Assembly: GCA_050250895.1 (NCBI GenBank)
Contig: JBFWNU010000001.1
Coordinates: 2,692,891-2,756,890 of the forward strand
Origin: Vulcanimicrobiota bacterium
GTDB lineage: Bacteria > Vulcanimicrobiota > Xenobia > Xenobiales > JADMJV01
DNA length: 64,000 nucleotides
Reading direction: 5' to 3'
Below the pieces are notes generated by a model, which ran no database searches, had not been told where the DNA came from, and worked only from the letters and a program-made list of their open reading frames with translations. Of the stretch, positions 19,777 through 30,104 are shown one piece after another (position 1 is the first letter of the stretch; each line of letters begins with the position of its first letter). Both the position numbers and the translations under genes were made by a program.

Positions 19777-20412
19777 ATGGAATTTTTCTTCAATCCAGAC
19801 GAATTGAGGGTGCTGGGCTGCCTGATCGAAAAGCGGCTCAGCACTCCCAACCAGTATCCGCTCACCGAGAAGAGCCTGATCGCAGCCTGCAACCAGTCGT
19901 CCAACCGCGACCCGGTGGTCAACTATGACCAGCCGACGGTCAGCGGAGCGCTGAAGAACACGCGAATCCAGGGCTATTCGCTGCTGGTCAGCAGCGCCGA
20001 CTCGCGAGTGCCCAAGTTCAAAGAGAACCTGTGCGAGAAGCTCGGATTGAGCACGCCCGAGGCGGCCATCATCGCCGAGCTATTGCTGCGCGGGCCCCAG
20101 ACTCCCGGAGAGCTGCGCCAGCGCAGCACTCGCATGTATGAGTTCACCGACCTGCCAGAGGTCGAGGACACCCTGCGCAAGATGGTAGACCAGGAGCTGG
20201 TGGTCCAGCTGCCGCGCCAGCCGGGCAAGCGCGAGGCGCGTTATGCCCATCTTTTGGCCGGGCCGGTCGAGTTTGTCGAAAGCGAGAGCGAGACACTGGT
20301 GGCCCCGGCGACCACCCACGCCCTGGAAGAGCGGGTCGCGGCGCTCGAGGGCCAACTGGCCGAAGTGCTAGAGCGCCTGGCCCGCTTGGAAGGCCGAGAC
20401 GAACTCGGCTAG
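19777..20412 (+). CDS. YceH/DUF480 family protein
   Basis: RVLGCLIEK...TPNQYPLT...ACNQSSNRDPV, LLLRGPQTPGELR, LPRQPGKREARYAHLL. Confidence 0.9.
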   Translation: MEFFFNPDELRVLGCLIEKRLSTPNQYPLTEKSLIAACNQSSNRDPVVNYDQPTVSGALKNTRIQGYSLLVSSADSRVPKFKENLCEKLGLSTPEAAIIAELLLRGPQTPGELRQRSTRMYEFTDLPEVEDTLRKMVDQELVVQLPRQPGKREARYAHLLAGPVEFVESESETLVAPATTHALEERVAALEGQLAEVLERLARLEGRDELG

Positions 20413-21126
20413 AGTTTCGAGATAGGCCTTCCAGTTGGCTCCCATGATGGTGTTGTGGTTGCCTCGTTCGAAAATGACCAGGCGCTTGGGTCCGGCCGCC
20501 CAGGCGTGGTTGCGGCGGGCGTGCGAGGGCTCGACCAGGTCGTCGCCGGCGGCGTGCAGCACCAGCAGCCGGCCGGGAAAGCTGCCCAGTTTTTGTTGGT
20601 GGTCGAGGCGTTCGGCCACGGCCTCCTCGAGTTCGGGTCCCAGCTCGGACGGGTGCACGCGCAGGCGGATGCGCTCGAGGGGATCGGCGATGCCGGACTC
20701 GAGCACCAAACCGGCCAGACCGGGATCGAGGGCTGCCCACTCGATGGCCATCATCGAGCCGACCGAGCGCCCGTAAACCAGGGTCCGGGTTCCCGGCAGG
20801 CCGAGATGGGCCCGCACGTCGGCCACGTCGTCGAGGAGTTGTCCTAAGCAGGGACTACCGCCCGACCCGCCATAACCGCGATATTCGGCCAGGAACACGT
20901 TGAGGCCCAGGCTGGCCAGGGCCTCGACGTAGTCAGGGACATAATCGGCCGCCACCTCGCCGTTGCCGTGGAAATGCACTAGCGTGGGCGCGCTCTCGGC
21001 GGTGTGGTGGTGATAACACTGCAAGACCGCTCCGTCCCGGCAGGTTACCGGGGTGGGAGCGGTCAGGCGGTCGGGCCGAGGAAAGAAATAGCGCTCGGCG
21101 ATCAGAGGGTGGTCGAGAACCCTCAC
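20368..21126 (-). CDS. Alpha/beta hydrolase
   Basis: HFHGNGE, AEYRGYGGS, GRSVG nucleophile elbow, D and H residues. GTG start at 21126 overlaps the upstream TGA. Confidence 0.85.
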   Translation of the reverse strand: MRVLDHPLIAERYFFPRPDRLTAPTPVTCRDGAVLQCYHHHTAESAPTLVHFHGNGEVAADYVPDYVEALASLGLNVFLAEYRGYGGSGGSPCLGQLLDDVADVRAHLGLPGTRTLVYGRSVGSMMAIEWAALDPGLAGLVLESGIADPLERIRLRVHPSELGPELEEAVAERLDHQQKLGSFPGRLLVLHAAGDDLVEPSHARRNHAWAAGPKRLVIFERGNHNTIMGANWKAYLETLAEFVSAFQAGQAL

Positions 21127-22502
21127 GCCGAAAGGTGCTTGATAGCGGCCACACGGAAGACCCGGATGGCCACCGCTATGCCGGCCATCAACAGCACTCC
21201 GACCAGGGCCGAGAGCAGGCTGATGAGCACCAGGCAAGGCATCAAGAACATGCAGACGCCCAGACCCGCGCCGACCAGTTTCTGCTCGAAGTTCTCGGTG
21301 CCCGAGAGCACGGCCAGCGTTCCGGCATAGGCTCCCAGGGCGCTAGCCCCCAGCAAGCTCAACATCCAGGCAACCACCACGGCCAGGGGCAACTCGGACA
21401 GCACGCCCATGGCCAGCAGGCCGGGCACGAACAGCAGCAACATCACCAGGTTGCGCACCATCCCTACCAGGGCCCATCCGTCGACCAGGGTCGAGCGCTC
21501 CAGCACCGACAGTCGCAAGGCCTCGAGTCCCTCGGGCCCCTCGGCGGCAACGGCTCGGCCGGCGCGAGCAGCGGCGGCCAGGCCCAAAGCCATGGCTAAC
21601 AGTCCGACCAGCACCACGAAGTTCTCGGCGTTGCGCTCGGGCGAGTGCGAGAAGGCAGCCACCGCCAGAGCCTGGCTCACGGCGATGCTCACCAGCAGAC
21701 CAAAAGTCGACAGCAGCAGCGAAAGCGGACGAATCCCGGCCAGACCGACCAGGTGGCGGGCGGTGACGGGATTGAGTTGCCACACGCTCTTGAAACTGCC
21801 GAACTTGCGGCGAGCAAAAAACTTCTGATTGAGGGTGTCGGCATACTTCAGTCCCATGGCGGCCAGCCAGCGAGGAGCCAGCAACAGATAGATCAGGCAC
21901 AGCCAGGGCCCGGACGGGTTGTCGAGGTTGCCGAGGGCAATCGAGGGACCGAGTAGGGCCAGGGCCGGAATGATCAGGTTCGAACTCGAGCCCCCTCCGG
22001 TCCAGCAACCGTGACACTGGGTCAGATAGGTAACCCAGATGGTGGCCAGGGCCAGACCGGGGGCGATGGCCAGGCTGGCCCAGCCGCCGTCGTTGGCCAG
22101 GGCCACCAGGGTCAGGCCCAAACCCAGCATCAGGGCCGACGGGGTCACGCGACGGGCCACGAAGGTGGCTACGCCGTCGACGATGTCCATTTCGGATAGG
22201 CCGGTCGGTCTCAGCTCTTCCAGGATGCGGCGCCGCTTGAGCTCGGTCGGTAGACCAGAACTGCGGGTGATGAGCACGATGCCCCACATCACGGCGCCCA
22301 TGAGTCCGTAGAAGAGCCAGAGCAAGAACCAGGCGCCGTCTCCCTGGGCGGGGTCGATCATTCCCATCAGTCCGAACAGGGGCAGGCATAACGCCCAGAG
22401 CACCAGGCCGAGACGGGGCACCTCGTTCGGGATGCTGTTTCGATTCTTCTCGAGGCTTCCCAATCGGCGGTCTAGCAGATAGTGCAGAGCGTTTGTGTTC
22501 AT
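21123..22502 (-). CDS. Polytopic membrane protein (two ABC-2-permease-like halves)
   Basis: About 12 hydrophobic segments; internal repeat LEELRPTGLSEMDIVDG / LEALRLSVLERSTLVDG. Start MNTNAL with GGAGGG RBS. Confidence 0.65.
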   Translation of the reverse strand: MNTNALHYLLDRRLGSLEKNRNSIPNEVPRLGLVLWALCLPLFGLMGMIDPAQGDGAWFLLWLFYGLMGAVMWGIVLITRSSGLPTELKRRRILEELRPTGLSEMDIVDGVATFVARRVTPSALMLGLGLTLVALANDGGWASLAIAPGLALATIWVTYLTQCHGCWTGGGSSSNLIIPALALLGPSIALGNLDNPSGPWLCLIYLLLAPRWLAAMGLKYADTLNQKFFARRKFGSFKSVWQLNPVTARHLVGLAGIRPLSLLLSTFGLLVSIAVSQALAVAAFSHSPERNAENFVVLVGLLAMALGLAAAARAGRAVAAEGPEGLEALRLSVLERSTLVDGWALVGMVRNLVMLLLFVPGLLAMGVLSELPLAVVVAWMLSLLGASALGAYAGTLAVLSGTENFEQKLVGAGLGVCMFLMPCLVLISLLSALVGVLLMAGIAVAIRVFRVAAIKHLSA

Positions 22503-22543
22503 GTTCCCTCCGAAGCTACATTCTAGCACAGACGGGGAAGCGA

Positions 22544-24007
22544 TCATAGCCTGTATTCCAAAGCTTCGGCCAGGTGATCGAGGCAAATCTCGGCGCACCC
22601 CTCCAGGTCGGCGATGGTGCGGGCCACCCGTAGCCAGCGGTCATAGGCGCGCAGGCTCAGGGCCAACCTCTCCACCGCTTGACCGGCAAAGTCCCGGGCT
22701 GGTCCCGCCAGAGCGCAGTGTTGCTGCAAGGCCCGCCCGGTCAAATGAGAGTTGAGCAGGCCTCGCTGGTGTTGGCGGGCCCGCGCCGACTCGACCCGGC
22801 AGGCCACGGTCGCGGTCGATTCTTCGGGCCGGGTGTCGAGATAGCTCTCGGGTCGAGGCCGGCCCATGGGCACGGTCAGGTCGAAGCGATCCCGCATGGC
22901 TCCAGAGAAGCGAGCCTGGTAGCGCTGCCTCACATAGGGCGTGCATTGGCAATCTTTATCGGGGTCGCCCGCATAGCCGCAGGGACAGGGATTCATGGCC
23001 GCCACCAGCGAGAAGCTGGCTGGATAGGTGCCTTGAAAGTGACGCCGGGCCACCTCGACCCAGCCCTGGTCGAGCACCGTCCGCAGTCCTTCGAGACAAT
23101 CACGACGGAACTCGGGAAACTCGTCGAGAAACAGGATTCCGTGGTGGGCCCGGGTGACCTCGCCGGGGCGAATGCCTCCCAGCAGAGCGGTGGGGGTGAC
23201 ACCATGACCCGGAGCGCGAAAGGGCCTCAACGAAGTGACTTCGGGCGCGGTGCGGCAGACGCTCTCGATGGCCACCACCTCCAAGCGCTGCTGATCGGTG
23301 AGCCGGGGCAAGATTCCAATCATGGCCCGGGCCAGCATGGTCTTGCCGCAACCGGGGGGGCCACACAGCATGACATGGTGTCCCCCCGCCGCGGCGATCT
23401 CGATGGCCCGCCGGGCCTGGGGTTGGCCGCGTACCAGAGCCAGTTCGACGGGAGCCTGGGCCTGACGAGAGAGGGGCGGCCCGAGGTCGGCGGGAGGCGC
23501 CCCTTTGAGCACGGCTACAGCCTGCTTCAGGCTGGTTACTCCGGCCACCCGCACTCCCTCGACTACGCTGGCTTCGGCCAGGTTCTGGCGCGGCACCAGC
23601 GCCAGGTGCACGTTCATCCGCTGCGCGCAGAGCAAGGCCGGGACCACTCCCCGCACCGGCACCAGTTGACCGTCCAGGGCCAGTTCCCCCATCACCAGCG
23701 CCCCTTCCAGGCAGTCGGGGGGCAGTTGTCCGTCGGCCACCAGCACCCCCAGGGCGATAGCCAGATCAAAGCTCGGGCCTTGCTTTCTCAGGTCGCCCGG
23801 GCTCAGGTTGATGGTGATCCGTCGCATCGGATAATGGAAGTCCGAGTTGCGCAGGGCGGCTTTCACCCTGGCTCCGGCCTCCGACACACTGGCGTCGGGC
23901 AAGCCCACGATATGCAGACCTGGCAATCCGTTGGCCAGATCGACCTCGACGCGTACGGGCAACGCCTCGATGCCATGAAGGGTTGTGGATGATAGTTTGG
24001 CCAGCAT
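22544..24007 (-). CDS. comM: YifB/ComM Mg-chelatase-like AAA+ ATPase
   Basis: VGLPDASVSEA, ITINLSPGDLRKQGPSFDLAIA, GPPGCGKTML, LFLDEFPEF, AMNPCPCG, RVARTIADL. Confidence 0.9.
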   Translation of the reverse strand: MLAKLSSTTLHGIEALPVRVEVDLANGLPGLHIVGLPDASVSEAGARVKAALRNSDFHYPMRRITINLSPGDLRKQGPSFDLAIALGVLVADGQLPPDCLEGALVMGELALDGQLVPVRGVVPALLCAQRMNVHLALVPRQNLAEASVVEGVRVAGVTSLKQAVAVLKGAPPADLGPPLSRQAQAPVELALVRGQPQARRAIEIAAAGGHHVMLCGPPGCGKTMLARAMIGILPRLTDQQRLEVVAIESVCRTAPEVTSLRPFRAPGHGVTPTALLGGIRPGEVTRAHHGILFLDEFPEFRRDCLEGLRTVLDQGWVEVARRHFQGTYPASFSLVAAMNPCPCGYAGDPDKDCQCTPYVRQRYQARFSGAMRDRFDLTVPMGRPRPESYLDTRPEESTATVACRVESARARQHQRGLLNSHLTGRALQQHCALAGPARDFAGQAVERLALSLRAYDRWLRVARTIADLEGCAEICLDHLAEALEYRL

Positions 24008-24095
24008 AGAGCCCTCCTCGATTGGAATCGACGCCGTAGGCGCCGCGGCCTACTTCGACCCGAGCGGTCGGCTCCTGTCGAACGAATGTCCAGAC

Positions 24096-24452
24096 TTAGC
24101 GGACCAGGCGGGTGGCGATCAGACCGTGGAAGGGCGACTGTTCGGCCGAGCTGTAGCGCCAGCCCAGGTGCTGCTGACACTCGCCGCACAGGGCTAGCGA
24201 CCAGGCATAACCCGCGAACCAGCAGGCCTCGGTGGTGGGCGCTCCCATAGCCCGGACCCCTGGCGCCTCCCGGAAGCAAAGCACGTGGAACGAATAGCCA
24301 GCCGGGTTGCGAAAGGTGTGCTCGTGGCGGCCGTCGATCTCGATGGCCTGGCGGCTCGAGGTGACGGCTGCTCCGCAAGCCCGACAGACGATAGCTCGCA
24401 CCGGCTCGAGTGCAGGCTGAGCGTCCAGAGCTGCCTCTTCGCGGATCCCCAT
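24096..24452 (-). CDS. Bacterial cereblon-like (CULT) Zn-binding protein
   Basis: C-terminal 118 aa of ORF 24096..25571 from ATG 24452: CRAC...FRNPAGYSF...CWFAGYAW...CGEC..HLGW. Confidence 0.85.
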   Translation of the reverse strand: MGIREEAALDAQPALEPVRAIVCRACGAAVTSSRQAIEIDGRHEHTFRNPAGYSFHVLCFREAPGVRAMGAPTTEACWFAGYAWSLALCGECQQHLGWRYSSAEQSPFHGLIATRLVR

Positions 24453-24506
24453 CGCTCGAGGTTCGCCAGGCAGGCCCTCTGGGCCCGCCTTGGCGAACAA
24501 GTCAAA

Positions 24507-25307
24507 ATGAGGCTTCGTATCTTCTTGCTCTGTCTTTTGTTCGGTTCGGCCCTGGCGGATGAGCGGGTCGTGAGGATCTTTCAACTGGCCAACCGGCCGG
24601 CCGAGGCCACGGTCGAGATGGTGCTTCCCCTCCTGAGCCCCGAAGGTACGGTCATGGCCGAGACCCGCCTCAACAAGCTGATCGTACAGGACACTCCCGA
24701 GGTCATCGCCAAGGTCGAGAGTCTGCTCTCGGAGATCGACCAACCGGCCCCTCAGGTGCGGGTGTTCGTTACGATGAACGGGGTCAGCCCCGTCTATAAT
24801 AGCCAGGCGGGGGTGGGCGTCTCGGGGCGGGGCAATCGCATCCGGGTGACCGGCAACGCCGGTGTGTCCGAGGGTGTGTCCTCCTCCAACACCCGGTCGA
24901 ACCTGCTCATCATGAGCGGCGAACGGGGCGTGATCTTGATGGGCCAGAACCTGGTCGACGTCAATCCCTACTACAGCTTCGCCGCCCGAGCCGGTCTGGT
25001 GCCACCCGGAGTGGTCTTTCGCGAGGTCAGCACGGGCTTTGCCGTCGAGCCGCGCGTCATCGGCGACACGGTGACCATGACGATTTCCCCCTGGATGGGC
25101 TATCTCTCGGGCAAGGGCCGCGGCGAGATCGTCTTCAACGAAGCCTCGACCACCGTCAGCCTCAAATCCGGCGACTCCACGATCATCAGCTCGGGCTCGT
25201 TCACCGAAGAGGTCCGCTCCCAGACTTACGGCCTGATCTTCGGCTCGGGCACGCAGACCAGCGGCAACAGCGCCAGCATCACCGTCCAGCCCGTCATCCA
25301 GGAGTAG
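24507..25307 (+). CDS. Short secretin-like protein (Secretin_N/NolW-like domain)
   Basis: Signal peptide MRLRIFLLCLLFGSALA, then IFQLANRPAE...NKLIVQDTPEVIAKVESLLSEIDQPAPQVRVFV and a beta-rich C-terminus (STGFAVEPRV). Confidence 0.7.
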   Translation: MRLRIFLLCLLFGSALADERVVRIFQLANRPAEATVEMVLPLLSPEGTVMAETRLNKLIVQDTPEVIAKVESLLSEIDQPAPQVRVFVTMNGVSPVYNSQAGVGVSGRGNRIRVTGNAGVSEGVSSSNTRSNLLIMSGERGVILMGQNLVDVNPYYSFAARAGLVPPGVVFREVSTGFAVEPRVIGDTVTMTISPWMGYLSGKGRGEIVFNEASTTVSLKSGDSTIISSGSFTEEVRSQTYGLIFGSGTQTSGNSASITVQPVIQE

Positions 25308-25378
25308 TGCCGACGACTTCGTCGTCGAAATCTCAGCGGCGCAGCCGCGGCTCCCTGTCGACGCGCAGCGTCGACCGT
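25308..25378. repeat. REP-like element between convergent genes
   Basis: CGACGACTTCGTCGTCGAAATCTCAGC...GCTCCCTGTCGACGCGCAGCGTCGAC, homologous to 4826-4885. Confidence 0.75.
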
Positions 25379-26920
25379 TCAGGCGGTCCAGCGATGGCCG
25401 GAGGCGGCTAGATCGGTGACTTCCTGAGCCGAGATCGGCTTGGAGAAGTAGTAGCCCTGAGCCATGGCGCAGCCGCGCTCGACCAGAAAGCGGGCGGCCT
25501 GCTGGTCTTCGACCCCGACGCCGACGGCAATCAGGCTCAGGCTCGAGGCTACCGCGATAGCGTGCTGGCAAAGTTCGCTCGCCTGGCGCACCAGCTTGGG
25601 CGAGATCTTGAGAAAGCGAGCCCGGGCCAGGCGGGATAGAGAAGAGAAACCGTCGCCGAAGTTGTCGATGGCGATGGCCAGTCCGGCTCGCTCGAGCTGG
25701 GCGATAGTCTGGTCGATACGCTCGACGTTGAGGCTGGCGAAGTCTTCAGTGATGTCGAAAGAAAGCTGCCCGGGAGGCACACCCGCGGCCGACACCTCTT
25801 CGATCACGGTCTCGACCAGGTCGGCCTGCAGCAGTTGGCGTGGCGAGAGGTTGACGGTGGCGAACAAGCGGATGTCGGCGGCCAGCCAGGCCCGGATCTG
25901 CTGGCAGACCTGGTGAATCACCCAGCGGCCGATGGCCACCATCTGGCCGCTGGCCTCGGCCACCGGGATAAACTCTGAGGGGGGTAACACGCCCTCGATG
26001 CGGTGATTCCAGCGCACCAGCGCCTCGACGCCCACCATGCGGCCCTCGAGCTGGCCGTTCTTGTGGGCCTCGAGCCAGACCACCGGCAGGTATTCCAAGA
26101 AGAGTTCGTTCGCCTCCAGGGCGTGGCGCAGCTGGTATTCCAGGGTCAGGCTGCGCTGTTGCTGGCGCTGCAGGGTCGGGGTGTACAGCTCGAAACGGGC
26201 CCGGCCCTCGGCTTTGGCTTTGTAGAGAGCCGAGTCGGCCCGGCTGATTAGATCGACGGCCGACTTCTCGCCACCGTTGTGGAGGCCGATGCCGATGCTG
26301 GCCGTGACTTCGAGCTTTTGTCCCAGGATGGTGAAGGGTTCGGAGACCACTTTGAGCACCTGGCGGGCGGCCGCCTGGGCCATGGGCTCGAGCTGGTCGA
26401 GAGGCACCTTGGATAGGAAGATCAAGAACTCGTCTTCGCCGCGGCGGCCTACCGCGCCGCCGTCGCCGACCACCCGCTGGAGGCGGTCGGAAAGGCGCAC
26501 CAGCAGTTCGTTGCCGGCCTTAAGCCCCATGGCGTCGTTGATGACCTTGAACCGATCCAGGTCAACCAGCAGCAGGGCAGCTCCCTGGGTGGCGGGCAGG
26601 TTCTGCAGGGCCGTCTCGATATGCTGCTCGATCAAGTTGAGATTAGCCAGCCCCGTGAGCGGGTCTTGAAAGGCCAGACGCTGCACGACTTTGCCCGAGT
26701 CGGCCGCCTCGCGACGGACGCGCTCCAACTCTTGGACCAGCTTGCTGACCTTCACTTCAGCCTGGTTGGCGCGCTGCTCGGCCGCCCGCAGGCGCTGAGC
26801 TAGAGGCCCCTCCTCCTGGGGAGAGGCGTGGCCGTTTCCATTGTCGCCCTGAAGTTGGCTGGCCAGACGGCGAACTTCGTTGAGATGGCGCTCTAATTCA
26901 GCAAATAGCGGGTTCATCAA
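25379..26920 (-). CDS. Coiled-coil + GGDEF + EAL domain protein (partly degenerate)
   Basis: AFQDPLTGLAN, DLDRFKVIND, RRGEDEF, VEALVRW, IDNFGDGFSS, QGYYFSKP. Confidence 0.9.
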   Translation of the reverse strand: MMNPLFAELERHLNEVRRLASQLQGDNGNGHASPQEEGPLAQRLRAAEQRANQAEVKVSKLVQELERVRREAADSGKVVQRLAFQDPLTGLANLNLIEQHIETALQNLPATQGAALLLVDLDRFKVINDAMGLKAGNELLVRLSDRLQRVVGDGGAVGRRGEDEFLIFLSKVPLDQLEPMAQAAARQVLKVVSEPFTILGQKLEVTASIGIGLHNGGEKSAVDLISRADSALYKAKAEGRARFELYTPTLQRQQQRSLTLEYQLRHALEANELFLEYLPVVWLEAHKNGQLEGRMVGVEALVRWNHRIEGVLPPSEFIPVAEASGQMVAIGRWVIHQVCQQIRAWLAADIRLFATVNLSPRQLLQADLVETVIEEVSAAGVPPGQLSFDITEDFASLNVERIDQTIAQLERAGLAIAIDNFGDGFSSLSRLARARFLKISPKLVRQASELCQHAIAVASSLSLIAVGVGVEDQQAARFLVERGCAMAQGYYFSKPISAQEVTDLAASGHRWTA

Positions 26921-27014
26921 ACCGACTCATCGGCCCCAAGCCGCTTTCTTTAAGCGAGCTCAGGCCATGGGATCGGCTTCGACCAGGGCCCCAGGCCGGC
27001 CTGCCGGTCCGCGT

Positions 27015-28511
<1,497 letters not shown>

Positions 28512-28586
28512 CTACGGTTCTTCCTGAGGGGGTCGGGTGGTCCCTCCCCCTGAAGGGCGGGCCCGGGAAAACCCGAACTAGGCGCG

Positions 28587-30104
28587 ATGGATGAGCGGGC
28601 AGAAGTCCTGCGCCAGGCCGTCGAGGCCCTGGTCGACCGGGGGGCCGAACGGGTCCTGGTCTGGCACGGCAAGCCCGCTGGCGAGCCCACCGCCTGGGCC
28701 GGGCTGGTGCTCGAGCCCAAGAGCTTCGAGCGGGCCACCCCCTTCACCATGGCTGATCTTGGCGGATTGCTCTCGGCCGGCGTGCCCATCAACCTCGAGA
28801 AGACGCAGTTGACCCGCAAAGGGCGCGAGGGCTCGCTCGTGTGCGTGCCACTCCATCACGAAGGGCGGCTTGACGGCTTTGTCTACGCCGATCGGGCCGG
28901 CGAGTTCAGCGCCGTCGACGCCGAGCAGATCCAGCGCCTGGCCCGTTGGCTCGAGGCGGCTCTGATCAACCCTGCCCAACCCCCGGAGTTTCCTTTCGAG
29001 CGCAAGTTGCGCCGGCCCATGCCGATGGCCCAGGCGGCCCCGGCCGCCAGGGGTCCTACCGAGGTCAACAGCCAGGCCCGGCCAAGCGCCACGGGCCTGG
29101 TGGTGTTCTTGCGTTCATTGGCCGTGCTGCAAGAGTCAGGGATTCCCCTCAACGACGGTTTCGAGTTGCTGGAGAAGACCTGCGACGACAAGCTGATGGC
29201 CGAGGTCGCCGCCGAGCTGGGCAAGCGCGTCGGCGCCGGCGACTCGATTTCGAAGGTGTTGTCGCTCTATCCCGGAGCCTTCGGCCCGTTCCAGGTCGAA
29301 CTGGTGCGCGTGGGCGAGGCCACCGGCACGCTGTCGGCCGTGGTGGCCCAGTTGGCCGAATGCGAGCAAACGCGTCAAAGATTGCTCCGGCGAGTGAGCG
29401 CGGCTCTGACTTATCCCACCCTGGTGGCCTTGTTGGCTCTGGTGGGTCTGCTGGTCGCCCCGCCCTATTTGCTCGAGGGCGTGTTCACGGTCATTCGCCA
29501 GTCGGGACAAGAGCCGCCCTGGCTGACCAGGGGCGTCATGGCCTTCTCGAGCGCCCTGAGCACCCCCTGGCCCTGGTTGGCGCTAGGGGGGGCCCTGGCG
29601 GCGGGTTTTTCGACCGGGCCCCGGTGGTTGCGCCGGCCCGATGTCTGGCAGCGCTTGCTGAACTTGCCCGGGCTGGGCAGTTGCCTGCGCTGCGCTGGAA
29701 TGGCCCGCTTTGCCTCGGCCCTGGCCGTGTGCCAGCGGGCCGGCCTGGACTTGCTGGCGGCCGTCCGACTGTCGGCGGGGGCCAGCGGCGATCCGGTGTT
29801 GCTTGAACGTGAGCGGGCCGTGCGCGAGGCCATTCAAGACGGCAACGGCCTGGGGGCCGCCCTGCGGGGGACAGGCTATTTCACGCCCATGTTTCTGGAG
29901 TTGGTGGCTTCGGGCGAAGAGGTGGCTCGAGTCGAATTGATGCTGGAGTGGATCGCCCGCAGTTGCGAGCAAGAATTGGAAGCGGCGCTCGAGGTCTATG
30001 CGGCCTTGCTCGAACCGATCATGTTGGTGGCCGTGGGGGCGGTGGTGGCGCTGCTGGTGGTGGCTACCCTGGCCCCGATGCTGACCATCATCAGCACGCT
30101 TTGA
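28587..30104 (+). CDS. PilC/GspF protein with N-terminal GAF-like extension
   Basis: N-terminal SLVCVPLHHEGRLDGFVYADRAGEFSAVDAEQI (GAF-like), then FLRSLAVLQESGIPL, VGEATGTL, AALTYP, LLEPIMLVAVG. Confidence 0.85.
   Translation: MDERAEVLRQAVEALVDRGAERVLVWHGKPAGEPTAWAGLVLEPKSFERATPFTMADLGGLLSAGVPINLEKTQLTRKGREGSLVCVPLHHEGRLDGFVYADRAGEFSAVDAEQIQRLARWLEAALINPAQPPEFPFERKLRRPMPMAQAAPAARGPTEVNSQARPSATGLVVFLRSLAVLQESGIPLNDGFELLEKTCDDKLMAEVAAELGKRVGAGDSISKVLSLYPGAFGPFQVELVRVGEATGTLSAVVAQLAECEQTRQRLLRRVSAALTYPTLVALLALVGLLVAPPYLLEGVFTVIRQSGQEPPWLTRGVMAFSSALSTPWPWLALGGALAAGFSTGPRWLRRPDVWQRLLNLPGLGSCLRCAGMARFASALAVCQRAGLDLLAAVRLSAGASGDPVLLERERAVREAIQDGNGLGAALRGTGYFTPMFLELVASGEEVARVELMLEWIARSCEQELEAALEVYAALLEPIMLVAVGAVVALLVVATLAPMLTIISTL

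Noticed and set aside
24453-25571. N-terminal 370 aa of ORF 24096..25571
   Set aside because: Antisense to the secretin-like gene; only the last 118 codons (cereblon domain) look real.
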